This document shows, piece by piece, positions 10,950 through 23,922 of a stretch of DNA of 64,000 nucleotides. The position numbers and the translations under genes were made by a program. Every line of letters starts with the position of its first letter. The stretch's first letter is position 1. This stretch comes from Camelus dromedarius (taxonomy: Eukaryota). Below the pieces are notes generated by a model that had not been told where the DNA came from, searched no databases, and saw nothing but the letters and a program-made list of their open reading frames with translations. The DNA is taken from NCBI RefSeq assembly GCF_036321535.1, contig NC_087436.1, positions 38,318,001 to 38,382,000 of the forward strand, written 5' to 3'.

Positions 10950-12880
10950 GTTTGCCCCAATTCTTGGCATATCTAGGAAACTGGAAGAAGCAAAAGCAAA
11001 CTCTATACGGAAAATGTCACATCTATCTTGGAACTTGATGAACCTGTCAAGTAATTTTTTGTAGACAATGACTAGGAAACAGCCAAAGATAACAAAGTTC
11101 ACAAACAAATAAGGCAGTATGAGAGACACCTGAAGAAAAAATAACAGAAATAAATCTTCAAGTACATCAAATATTAGAATTATTAAATAAATTAATATTA
11201 AAAACCGATACATTACTGTGTTTAAAGAAAGGAGTGACAAATGAAAAATCTGTGAAGAACCAGAAACTATAGAAAAATCCAAAAAATAAAGAAAGTAAAT
11301 GTAGAATTAATAATATCATAACTAAAATTAAAACTCATTGGCCACATTTGGACATATGTGCACAAGACACAATTAGTGGACTGAAATATAGATCAGAAGA
11401 AATTACCACAAATGCAACAAATGTCAGTCACTGATGACTTCATTGGTAAGTTTACCAGACATTCAAAATTGAGAAATTAAAAACATAATGTCGATCTTTA
11501 TAACATTTTCCAGGATATAGAAGAGGTGAAAACACTGTATAGTTGACTTCCTGAAGGTCAAGACCAAAGCTTTACAAGGATAAAAGAAAGGAATGACTGC
11601 AGGACAATTCACTTATAAACACAGATACAAAAATTATAAACCAATTACTAGCTAATTGAATCCCACTATATATAAAATGAATAAAACCATGATTAAGCTT
11701 ATCTCAGAACTACAAGATAGGCTGGATATTGTAAAGTCTGTAAGTGTATGTAAAATAGGCATAGAAAAAGAGCTTGGTTAAAAAAAACACTTTTAGCAAA
11801 CTAGAAATAAAAGGAAACTTTCTAAATATATGAGTTGTCTAAAACTAAATTACAGTAAAGGTACACAATGAACTATTTGAAGCTTTCCTTTCAATATCAT
11901 GAACATTATAAAGATGCTGCTATCAACACCTTACTTTAACATTGCACTGGTGTTTCTATCCCATAGGGTAGAAGTAGAAATCAAGTATCTGATGGTACTA
12001 GCATTAAAGATCAATGGAGAAAAAATACACTGTTCAATAAGTTGGTACTTCAAAAATTGATTCTACATAGGTAAACTGGAACCCTGCAAAGAAACCCATA
12101 AAAAAACCTTTCTAGATATACAAGGATTTAAAACTTTCAGAAGAACGCATAGGAGAATACTGTTGTAACTCTAGGATAAAAAAAATTCTTAGACATGGCA
12201 CAACAAAAATTATGCATAAAAACATTGATAAGTTAGATGACATCATTTTAAGAACTTTCAATTATCAAGAACTTATGGAAACTTACGTTTCAAAAAAGAA
12301 AGTAGAAAGGCAAGCCATAACTGGAAGAAAATATCCAGAAAACACTTATTACTTACAAAAGATTAGTACTTAGAAAATATATATTATAGAATATGTATGA
12401 ACAAAAAAAATAGGATAGATGGCAAGTCTTTAAAAAATGATCAATAAACTTGTGAAAATTCTAACTTCATTAGTAATTAAGGAAATCCTAATTAAAAACA
12501 CAATGAGGTACCTTTCTGATCTATCATTTTGGCAAAAAATTATAAATTTAACAAAATTCCAAGAGTTGTTTGAGATGTGGGGTAATTGGAACACATAAAT
12601 TTACCCCAGCACTAGATTTACCAAATAATGAATAGTGGTACACTCATAATATACAGCAATGAAAATAGACAACTGTAAGTATGCAAAGACATGAAAAATA
12701 TGAAAAAAATTATGAATGAAAAAGAAAGCCACAGAGGAACATGGATAGTATGATTCCATATATAAGGGCAAAAAAACAGGCACAACTGAAAAGCTTATTG
12801 TTTAGGGACATAATTACACTGGGTAAGTCAGAATGCAAAGTTTAGGGCATCAGTTACTTGGAGGTAAGGCTAGACTGAAA
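10950..12880 (+). mobile_element. Highly decayed old L1 (ORF1-like, ORF2 and 3'UTR pieces)
   Basis: A-rich and collinear with L1: 'gatcagaagaaattaccacaaatgca' (ORF1), 'aaacacagatacaaaaatt', 'tttagcaaactagaaataaaaggaaactttc', 'aaaacacaatgaggtac', 'gtatgattccatatata'. Confidence 0.7.
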
Positions 12881-15429
12881 GTTTCATGAGAGAAGGAACC
12901 AGTACTATCTCTCCTCCATTTTATTTTCTGAGTCTAAGAAAACTTTTGGCATGTTGTATGTTGTATGTGCTCAACAAACATTCATTGGCTAAATAAACGA
13001 AAACTTGGCCTTTTTAAACTGTAAAGCTATGCAAATCAAGACATTTTTATTATTAACTATGGTTTGGCTTGTACAATCATAAAAGGTAACAAGCGGTAAC
13101 ATTCAGGAAACACTTTGAAAGTTTGACATTAACCTGGCACTCTTTGGCAAAATTAATTTAAATTTTTAGTTCCTAAAAATGTGATAATTACAATTATATT
13201 TAAATTGCCATATGAGAATGAGACATGAAATCTGACTTCAGGGGAGCATAATTGAAGAGGCAAAGCCAAACAAAAGAACAGAAAGGAGGAATGAAAACCT
13301 GAGTTGGTCAAAGTCTGCAAGTTCTCCTATACAAGTTTTTTTTTAGAAAATAGTTCACAAGTTGGAAGTTTGTGAAATGTGGTTAACATGGAAGTAATTG
13401 AGAGTGTTTGTGAACTCAAATGCCCCTCTACCAATGTGTCTCCAATTAAAAAAAAAGACATTAGATGAATTAAATGTTCATTATATTTGAAGTGTGGAAT
13501 CAAGCCATAGTAATCCATTGAACATTTGCCAGTTTTCTGATTTTTTGGCTCCATTATCCAATTGTCCTGCTGAGATGTTTGTATATTGTATGTGAAAAAT
13601 ATGTATCTGCATGTCCATTACAGCAAAGTCACATAATCCACACTATATATTGCTCCCGGCTGTGTTTAATGGAATCTATCCAATGAGTGAGCAAAGTCTT
13701 CAAGTTACAAACAATATTCAAAGAGGACTTTTATCTCAACCAGATACTATGCTTTGTTCATGTTACTTACCCAGGATATTTCTATATACATATAATTTGA
13801 GCCAGATCGCCAATAAGGAAGATTTGTTTAGAGGAAAAACTGCATGATTTGAGGGCCAAGATCATTATTTTACTTTACTTTATCTTATTTTATTTTATTT
13901 ATTTTTCACTTATTTGTTTGTCACATCTCTAAAATTATGTCCAAGTAAAAGTCTGGACATAAAATTCAATGAAATAAATTTGCTGAGAAAACATGTTTTA
14001 TTCTGGGAATGGGCAGTAAACACATACGAACAAGCTCCCCTTGTATTCACCTCACCAACTAATTCTGAATCCATTTCCTGGATGTAATTAGGAGACAAGG
14101 TGATGAAAGATTAGAGAATTTTTTATCTTTCAGAAGACAGGTTTGTCTGAGAAAGAGCCAATATCTGAAGAAGGGTGTCTCTTCAAAGTTTGGTTTTCTT
14201 CTGCACGTACAGTGTGCTGTGCTATAACATTTGTTTTTTAAAATGGCACTATCCATTAGGATTTATTTTAGGGCTTTGTATGTTCTCTATAACATTAGAA
14301 ATCCCTATTTTGTTTTAGCAAATATAAAATTAGTATACATAAATAAATTTTACAAATCAGAGTTCAGCAAACTCTATTTATATAACATATTATAGTAATA
14401 TCTACATTTTTTATATTCAAATGGTTTTTTGGAAAATATTGTCTTCTTTAAAAAAAGTAATCACCAATTCAGGCTTATCTTCATGATGCAAAATGAAGTA
14501 AAGAAATGAGTAGTTCACCCACTGTGGGCACTCAATTTGAGTAGAGCATACTATATCCAATATTTTAATCAAAATTATTTAGACAAATTTAAATGACTGC
14601 TTGATTTCTGACTACACAGAAGTACTTTTTAACTATTTCATAAATCAAGAGTATTAATATTATTGCTTTATTTATTAGTAATATATCTGTAAGAGGTCAA
14701 ACATCCATTCATAATTGAAATTTTTCAGCAATAATTTGGTGTTTCAAATACTCAGAAGCCTGGTTTTAATCAGATTAAGTCTTGGGATAGTTGACTAATT
14801 TTGTTTCCTGTTTTGTATGGTGTGTTCAAAATCTTCCAGCCTATCCTATTATTGATTGATAATACAGAAACAAATCAATTTTTTCAAATCTCATAGACCT
14901 GTTGTTAGTGTTGTTTTCAATAAAAAGATTTTCTGTCTTTCAATTGTATTTAGAGATTTAGGTCTAGTCTAATCTGTTCAACCTGTTAATCATTGTCAGG
15001 TGCCAGCTTCCAACTGGTTCTGAATGTGACTGTATGGCTTTTCTTTCCATATTCTTTGAGTTAAATTTCTATTACTTATTGGAATGTTATTTAATACAGT
15101 TCATACATTTAAAATGAAACCATCAGGTGAAATGAGTTCTGGCTTAGTAATAAAGAGGCTGTTACCAAATTAGCTTTACATATACAAATGGATGTGGCTC
15201 AACAACACTGATTTAGACAAAAGAAACCATGCCTTGAATTGACATGTATCTCCCCAACTCAGTCTCTGATGTGTTTTTGAGTAAATTCGTATTTCAGTAC
15301 ATTATTCAATTGCTTTCAGTACCTCTAGAAGGTGTTCTATCAAGAATCCCCACACTGCTGTTTGAGAAAACAGTCTGCTGCTGGCATCTTACCACGTTAG
15401 GGAAAAAAAAAAAATACTCACATCTACTT

Positions 15430-15582
15430 TGTATAAATCAAAACAGCCCTCTGGGGAGAGAAATGTTACTTTTATTAATAATGAAGGCTGAAGCTCCAAG
15501 GATGTAAAATAATTTCTCCTTATTTTAGCTAATGACCCAAACCAAGCTCAAATGTGTTTGAAACTACGCTTTTTCCACTGTG
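15430..15582 (-). mobile_element. MIR fragment
   Basis: Degenerate antisense MIR core and head (aatgaaggctgaagctc...gctttttccactgt). Confidence 0.45.
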
Positions 15583-18499
15583 GACAATGATGATGTGACA
15601 GCTGCATCTTGGTCTCAGGGTTAGTTGTTGTGAATACGTCAAGATAAGGACTGTCATCATTTGTTTACTAATCTTTCATCAACATTTTCTTCCTAATATA
15701 TCAATATTCACATTTTGAACAGAGCCAACTTGTACTTAAGTCTACAATGAAACCCTCTCAAATTGGGAATTGAAATTTTCAAAAAATTGTCTGTCCTAAT
15801 AGCAGATACATTTCTCAAGTTTCAGCTCCATGCTACACCTCCCATCAATTCAAAAAAGAAAAAAAAAACCTGACAGAGTCAAATAAATTTCTTAAATTGA
15901 ATGTTTTGTTCATAGCCAAGATGATTTATATTTCAGTTTCTTGTTATATTTACTTTTGGCCAAATCTGGTTTCCTAAAATAAAAATTAAAACATTATTTC
16001 AAAGATTCAAGGAATTTAAGCCTATCAGCACCCAGTGGTCTACAGTAAAATCAACAGAAAAATAAAAATACATCTTTTTATCAATAATACCTAATAGTTT
16101 TATGTGTTAAGTACCAAGAATTCTGGATGATATTGAGTGTATATTTAAATCAGCAAGGTGGAGATGTTCACCAGAATCTAGCAAGTGATGGATAAGGCAG
16201 CATACCACTTGACAAACCCATTCAGGATATGTTTGCCAAACAAGTAGGGACTGTAGGATCATGCTCTGCTACTGTAAAATGTCTTCTCTCCCTAACTTTA
16301 GTCTTTATCTTCCACCTCACAATCACCACACACTCAATTACCCAGAATAAGAAAAATTAACTCCACCTTCTGGAGGGAAACTTCCTTTCCTTTAATTTTA
16401 GGACATCTGTTCCCCACAGCTGTGATGGTGCCATTGAACCACCACCCTTCTTCACCAGAAGATTACATACGTGAATTTCAATAGACAAACACTGGCGGGG
16501 ACCAGCCCAGCACACTCACTTGAATTGTCCTTTAGCTTTTCAGGCAGTTCAAGTGCCTTTGAAAAGAGTAGGAATAAAGTGACTGCTGATTAAGCAGAGG
16601 GGTTGACATGGGAATAGGTTTGTCGATTGTTTGAAAGTCACACTGCATAGACTACAACTTTTAAAATGTAAATGCATGACACAAATACTGCACAACACAA
16701 AAGGATGGAAATGATTCAGATAGCCATAAAAGACAGCAAAAACTTTATTCTAGCAATAAAGAAAGATACATCTGGTGTCAGAGAAAGATAATTTGAAATA
16801 TTTGGTAGATGCTATCTTCAATTTAAGAATCTAAAATTAATTTTAGTTTTAGTTCCTATAAAAATTATTTCTTAAGTATTTCCAATTTCCAGACAAAATT
16901 TCCAGATGTGTGCTTTGTCAGTTTAGCTTCCCTAAATAATTTTGAACAGAACAGAATGACATACTACATACCAAAAGATCAGCTTTTCTGGTAGTAGATC
17001 AGTTCAGTTTCCAGATTAAATAATACTCAAATTTTACATAATTCGATGCTGACTAATTTGGTCAGAAGCCTCTCCCATACAACTAGGGGAGCAGATACAA
17101 AGAAGTAGATTTCTTGTTGGGTAGGAAAGAAAAGATGCATTACCAGTTGCCCAACTGTTCTTTGATCAAGGTTGATTTTGGTCACTGTTTTGTCTCCAAT
17201 CATGTTAATGAGAGAAGTAAATAATGGCCCTAACACTAGAGAAAAAAAATTAATGCCTACTTTCTTCAACCAACCAAAATAGTAACCAAAGCCATGAAAA
17301 TGAAAGTATTAACATAATCAAACTTTGTATTTTAAAATTAAAATACTTCTAGAAGTAAAAAAGAGAAGAGTGAAGAAAGACAGACATAAAGACAAATGAA
17401 AGAAAAGGAAGTAGAGTGAAACATCAAATATATAGCGATCTAAAGGAGGAAAGCCTACTTTAAACTTTACCCCAGAACTCCTCATTTTCAAATTGCCCTA
17501 GAAATAAAATTTTCACTCCTACCTGACTAGGCATATCTCCTAAATTTAAATTTTAGGGGGAAAAACAAAGGAAATAAAATAGATCTCCATAATCCAGATA
17601 TCTGCAGCACCTAGACCAGTCTACTCCTGGGTCCTCATATGTTATTTCTGTTTTAGAAATATATCAAATCAAAAAGAGGATGCTTTAAAAAAAATCATAA
17701 AAACATTAACCAACAGTGTAGCATGAACTGAGTATTTCTCAGGCAAGCTAAAGGAGGGGTGTATATTGCACAATTCACTACAAACAAATTTAAACTTGTC
17801 TATTAGGCATTTCTGTGTTTCAGATTTCCATCACAGCCAGACTAAACAGTTTTTCCTTTTTTACTCTCCTCCAAACAACATCCATGCAGCAACCGTTCCT
17901 CCTTCTCCCATGTTTCGCCCATTAACTCAAATCCCTTACTAGGTCCTTCCCATCAGCTGCTTACCCATCCCAAATCATAACTGGACTCAATGAAACAAGA
18001 TGCCTTCTAGATAATAACCCAAATTCTGAGAAGGTATTTAAATAATCTTTAGTTATTTCCCCATACCCCTTATAGTCTCATCTCTCAGTAGATTATCTTC
18101 CAGACTGTTAAACAAAAAGATGTCAGCAACAACAAAAAATGGTGAATGATTTTTTTCCATTATTTTATGGAAGTTTGCAAGCAGAGTTCTCATCTTTAAA
18201 ATCAAATGTTTATACACAGCCAGCCAAAAAAAAAAACCCAATGGCAAACACACACACACACATAAATCAAATGTAAAATATAACTGTAAAGACTATGACC
18301 AGAGATTCGCTATTTAAATGGGTATCTGACTGACTAAAACTCAGATAAATGAAGGAAACTAGATCAAAGGGGATTCAAATGTCTCTTTCCTATATCTTTT
18401 ATATGTTATCTCAACTATATTATATTCCTCTCAGTTTCACCTCCTTAGGGAATTTAATCACATCCTGAGCAACTGAAACAGAGAACAATATATTTGTTA

Positions 18500-18901
18500 C
18501 AACAACGTTAGCTGCTCTAACTGATAAACACTGAAATCTTAAAGGCTTAGCAAATTAAGTATATCTCTTGCTCATATCACCATCTCCTAAGGGTTTTCCT
18601 AGTTAAGAGACTTCATCATTATCTTTCAGGAATCAAATCTTCTTTCGGTTTGTGGTTGCATCCTCCTCTTCAGCCAATGGATGAGGAAAGAGATGTAGAC
18701 AAGATACATTTGCTTCTTATCCACACGTCACTTCTACCCCATTCCACAGAGAGAAATTACTCAAATGCTCCCATCTAGATTCAAAGTTAGGAGGGCTGAG
18801 AATGATAGTTTCTGATCTGACATTAACTTTATAGCAAAAAATCTACACAATGGAAGAAAAGCATGAATCTTTAGTGGAAGGCTGGCTATCTCTTCTGCAT
18901 A
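18500..18901 (-). mobile_element. Old MaLR LTR (MLT1I/J-like)
   Basis: 'ttagctgctctaac...gaaatcttaaaggcttagcaaa...tctcttgctcata' and 'cacgtcacttctaccccattcca'. Confidence 0.55.
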
Positions 18902-19269
18902 ATAAGTGTATGCATAGACACAGCACTGGTGATGACTAAGTAGGTTCATTTTGTTCATATTGATTGAACTCAAACAGTATATGGCTATAAGATAGCAAAT
19001 AAACAGCAGAAAAAGGAACATTATTTGAAATTAAAATGTCATGGATACAGTCATCCTGTAATTAGAGAGCAAAAATATGAAGACCCATATTAGTCTCAGC
19101 TATAGTTACATAATATTGAATGCTGCTTTTCACCAAAAATTTTATCTTGCATAATTCTCTACTTATACCACCCTCCTCACTGTTTCAATTCTTCACAGTT
19201 CATAACAGTGAAGAATTGGCCAGCTGTTGCCTGGGAAGTGTGTGGTGATACTGGTGTTGGGATGATGAT

Positions 19270-19504
19270 AATAGAGAACACTTGCTTGGGTAGTACTTAT
19301 GTGTCAAACATTGTTATCTGTACTTCATTTACAAACTTTTTGGCCAAACCTCATAAACCAGGAATTATGTCAGCCCAATTATCAAATGAGAAATCTGAAA
19401 TTAACTAAAAATTAAATTTTCAAGATCATATAGTCTACAAATGGCAGAGCTGAAATTTAAATTCAAGAAGTTTGGCTCCAGAGCCCAGGCTTTTAACCAC
19501 TATA
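19270..19504 (-). mobile_element. MIR, near full length
   Basis: 'caaatgagaaatctgaa...aagatcatatag...atggcagagctg...tggctccagagcccaggcttttaaccacta'. Confidence 0.8.
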
Positions 19505-20680
19505 ATAAACACACTCTCTCTCTCTCAAATGAACCAGTTCTGTCTACATTAGCCTTTTCCCCTGAGGGCTCTATCTCCATTGCATCAAAGGCAAACAGTG
19601 GCTACAAAAATTTTCATAACTATAGTATCCATACATTTACCTGTCTTTCAAAAATAAAATTCTATCCATTATTTCACCTAAATTATTAATAATTAATATG
19701 CGGAAAGGAACAAAAATTGTTGCTATTATAGGTTTATATTAAGGAAAGAAATGAGTATAGTAGAGGAGGAAGTGATATTCTGAAAATATAGGAAATGTAT
19801 TTATTTGCTGGAAATTAGAATGAGAGGGGAAAGGGTTTCCAGACATCTCCATTAGCAACCCCTAAGTAATTTTTCTGATAGAAAATTTTAAAAGTACAAC
19901 TAAAAAGAGCTATAGTTTTTGATATGTATTATGGTACAAGTTTTCTCAACAGAGGAATAGAAGGGAGATTCCTTCATCTGATAGATTGGATACAAAATTT
20001 TTTAGTAAATAATACTTAACGGTGAATTACTGAAAGCTTTCTTTCAAGATTAAGATCAGTCATGTAAAAATCTATTATAACCATTTCTGTTCAACTGAGT
20101 CCTAGCTAGTGCAAGAAGACAATAAAAGAAAATAATAGTTATATGATGAAAAGGGAGAAATAAAACTATAATTATTATCCCTTTCTACATGCTTTTCTGA
20201 GTAGAAGCTTCAGAGTCTTCAGAAAATGATACTAATTAAAAAGTAAGTTTAGCAATATTTCTGAAAATAACATAAACAAAAAAGAATTGTAGTTATACAT
20301 AGCTAAAATAAAAATAGAAAATGAACTATTTTAAAAGATGTATTTTAGAATGACATCAAAAAAATACATCTAATGACATACATGCCAGAATTTTATACTG
20401 AAAATGTAAAAACATGAAAGATATTAAAGATGGTCAAAATAAACGGAAAGTGTTACCATGTTCATGAATTGAAATTTTTAGTAATGTAAATGTGTCAATT
20501 ATACACCAATTGAAATATAGATTCAATGTACCCCCAATCAAATCTCAACAGTTTTTTTATGGAAATTGACAGGGTGATGCTAAAATTCACATGCAAATGC
20601 AACAGGCTAAGCCTATTTAAGGTAAACTGAAGAAGAAAAAAATCTGGAGTATTACATTATCAAATATAAAGCCGTATTAT

Positions 20681-21733
20681 GAGAAAATACTTGCAAATGA
20701 TGTAACTGACCAGGGCTTAATTTCCAGGATATACAAACAGCTCATACAACTCAATAAAGAAAAACAAACAACAAATCAAAAAATGGGCTGAAGACCTAAA
20801 CAAATATTTCTCCAGTGAAAACACACAAATGGCCAACAGGCACATGAAAATAATGCTCAATGTCACTAATCATCAGAGAAATGAAAATCAAAACAACAAT
20901 GAGATATCACCTAACATCAGTCAGAATGGCCATTATTAAAATGCCCACAAAAAATAATGCTGGAAAGGCTGTGAAGAAAAGGGAATCCTCTTACACTGTT
21001 GCTGGGAATGTAGTTTGGTGCAACCATATGGAAAACAGTATGGAGATTCCTTTAAAAAACAAAAATACACATACCATATGCAATCCCATTCCTGGGCACA
21101 GAACCAGAGGAAATTAATTCAAAAAGATACATGCACCCCAATGCTCACAGCAGCACTATTTACAAAAGCCAAGACATGGACGCAATCCAAATGTCCATCA
21201 ACAGATGATTGGATAAAGAATTTGTGGGATATATATATATAATGGAATATTACTCAACCATTAAAAAGAATAAAATAATGCCATTTGCAGCAACATGGCT
21301 GGACTTGGAGCTTGTCATACTAAGTGAAGTAAGCCAGAAAGAGAAAGAAAAATACTATATGATATCATTTATATGTGGAATCTGAAGAAATGACACAAAT
21401 GAACTTATTCACAAAACAGAAATAGACTTACAGACATAGAAAACAAACTGATGACTACCGGAGTTGGGAGGGGGGTTGGTAGGAAGAGATAAATTGGGAG
21501 CTCAGGGTTTGCAAATACTAATTACTACATGTGGAACAGATAAACGTTCCTATCCTATAGCATAGGGTACTATATTCAGTACCTTGTAATAGCCTATATT
21601 GAAAAAGAATATGAAAAGGAAGAGACATATATGTATAACTGAATCTGTATGCTATACACCAGCAATTAACGTAACATTGTAAATTGACTACACCTCAATA
21701 AAAAAAAGGAAACACAAAATAGACAACAAAAAC
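20681..21733 (+). mobile_element. Intermediate-age 5'-truncated L1 (ORF2 C-terminus plus 3'UTR)
   Basis: ORF-track peptides SLIIREMKIKTTMRYHLT and IQKDTCTPMLTAALFTKAKTW are L1 ORF2. AATAAA and A-rich tail near 21697. TSD aaagccgtattat (20668-20680) versus aaagtcctattat (21734-21746), 11/13. Confidence 0.92.
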
Positions 21734-21836
21734 AAAGTCCTATTATAAATTACATCAGTGTGGATTGCTGCAAGAATAGACAAACCAATGAAGCAGAACA
21801 GAGTTCAGAAAGGCTCACACATAGAAGTGGTGAACT

Positions 21837-22413
21837 TGTATTGTGTTAACATAGCTAAGTTGGAGCTGTTTACCAGAATGCCCTTCCCTGATTATTTCCA
21901 AGTTGACTGGGCCACAGAGATGTTTTGCATGAGATTTAGAACCTGGAGGTGAAGCAGCAGCACTTTTTTTTTTCATAATGTAAGCACAAAGTACAGGTGC
22001 CACTGCAGCTCACACACTGTCATCTATCCAGTGGCACACTGGTGTAGGCCAGCAGCTGGGCCTGCAGCTCCTCCAGTCCCTCCTTCAGCTTCCCTGACCC
22101 CTGGGCCAGGGGCATGTTAGCTCCATACGAAGAGCATTCACTTCTGCAGATCACCCATTGCTGTAGTAGAGGACTTGGAGGTAGAGGGAGACTGGCATGA
22201 GTTTCAGCTCATCCTCAAAGGATCCCAGTTCATGTGACTTTCCCCACTTGTCCATATTTCCTTTCTGAGTGATTGCCCAGGACCAGAAAGAGAAACTACA
22301 GCCTCATATAACTGTTTAATCAGCCTTCAAAATTGCATCTATATAATACATCTTTAGGTATATGTGTATATTCTAGTGGTTTTGCTTCTTTGATTGAATC
22401 CCGATCGATGATT
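21837..22413 (+). mobile_element. ERVL-class solo LTR (MLT2/LTR33/LTR41-like)
   Basis: 5' 'tgtgttaacatagctaagttggagc...ccagaatgcccttccctg' and 3' 'tctagtggttttgcttctttgattgaatcccga' resemble ERVL LTR ends. Exact family uncertain. Confidence 0.65.
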
Positions 22414-23149
22414 GATGCTTCCCTGACTTATGACAACAATACCATAGTTCAGTGAGAGAAAAAATATTTTTCAATAAGCTGTGCTAGAGCATATGAAAAT
22501 ATTTATGGGGGGAAGATAAATTTTGTCTATCATAAATCAATTCCAGAGGGATTTTAGGTTTAAATTAATACATATGCACATTATAATTGATAAATTGGAC
22601 TACTTTAAAATTGAGTACTTTAGTTCATCAAAGACATTGTAAATACAAACAACCCAGAAAGAAACGGTAACTTCAAAACTTAACTCCAGAACTTATAATG
22701 TAGCCCTACAGAGCAATAAGAAAATGGCAACAATGTAGCAGAAACACAAGCCAAAAAATGAATGCACTCATCAAAAAGAAAACATCCAAGTGTCCAATAA
22801 GCATATGAAAAATGAAAATTTAAACCATAAAGAGATACACTAACACACTTATCAGATAGTTAAAACTGAAAAAGTGAAATAAAATCAAATGTTGACAAAG
22901 ATGTGGAGCAACTAGAACTTGTATTAATCACTGGTGAAATTTAAATTGTTTCAACCATTTTGGAAAATTGATAGAATCTACTAAATCTAAACATAGTCAC
23001 TTCCTGTGCCTTGGCAATACTACTCCTTAATGTATGTATTTGACAGAAATGCATAGATATCTGAACCAAATGACACGTACAAGAATGTTCACAGCAGTAC
23101 TATTTGGAATAGCAAAACGCACACACACACACACCTGGAAACATACAAC

Positions 23150-23610
23150 TGTATGGTCAGGACACTTAAGATGGCTGTTCTCTTCCTCTGTGTCTATTCC
23201 CTGACCCAGCAGTGCCTGCTTCACCTACCCCTGCTTTCATGACTGACCTTCCTACATCCTTGCCTCAGGCCCTATCTAATGATTGCTCTAGTGTTAGAGC
23301 AAAACATTATGCTTATCAAAGGGGCACTAAGGGGTGTGCCCCTCTGCTGAATTTCCTGGTAACCAATGAACTAACCTGATACCAAGTCAATTCCCTCATA
23401 ACTGTTAACCAGTAACCTCCTCCCCACCACTCCTCAGTGAAGCGTGCTGCTATGTCCTAGGAGGGTGTCTCTCTGGAACCTTGCTTCAGGCATGTAATAT
23501 TCCCCCACCCATTAAACCATTGATGCCTCTGTAGCTGACTCCAGGTTCTTTCTTCAGTCTTGAAGCTGGACAAGTACAGGCCTTGTAGGCCTGCAGGGTG
23601 CAGTCCAACA
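23150..23610 (+). mobile_element. ERV solo LTR, 461 bp, with perfect 5-bp TSD
   Basis: TG...CA termini, ACAAC at 23145-23149 and 23611-23615, ATTAAA at 23511-23516. The host L1 resumes after it. Confidence 0.85.
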
Positions 23611-23922
23611 ACAACCCGATAGCTCATCAGAGTACAATGAAATATAATCTCTGGTATACGCATTCATGGAATTATATACAATACTGAAATTAAACAAAAT
23701 TACAACTACACATAACAAAATGGACACACAAACATTATACTGATTAAAAGACTCCAGCTAAAATAGAATGTATATTTAATATCCCATTTATATGAATTTC
23801 ACAAAATAAGGGAAAATTAAGGGGGCTAATTACTGAAAAAATAACACAAGGGAGCTTCTGGAGAGCTATTAATATTATACTTATTTACCTGATTACTGGT
23901 TACATGCATGGATTCAATTTCT

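Noticed and set aside
10641..11282. 213-aa minus-strand ORF rich in F/L/I, superficially membrane-like
   Set aside because: It is largely the antisense of A-rich old L1 sequence, with no recognisable domain or splice context.
13500..14300. Cluster of short ORFs, a - strand donor (TGG|GTAAGT near 13770) and a possible 7-nt + strand microexon near 14134
   Set aside because: The frames I translated hit stops, there is no matching acceptor and no recognisable protein. I cannot support an exon or pseudogene.
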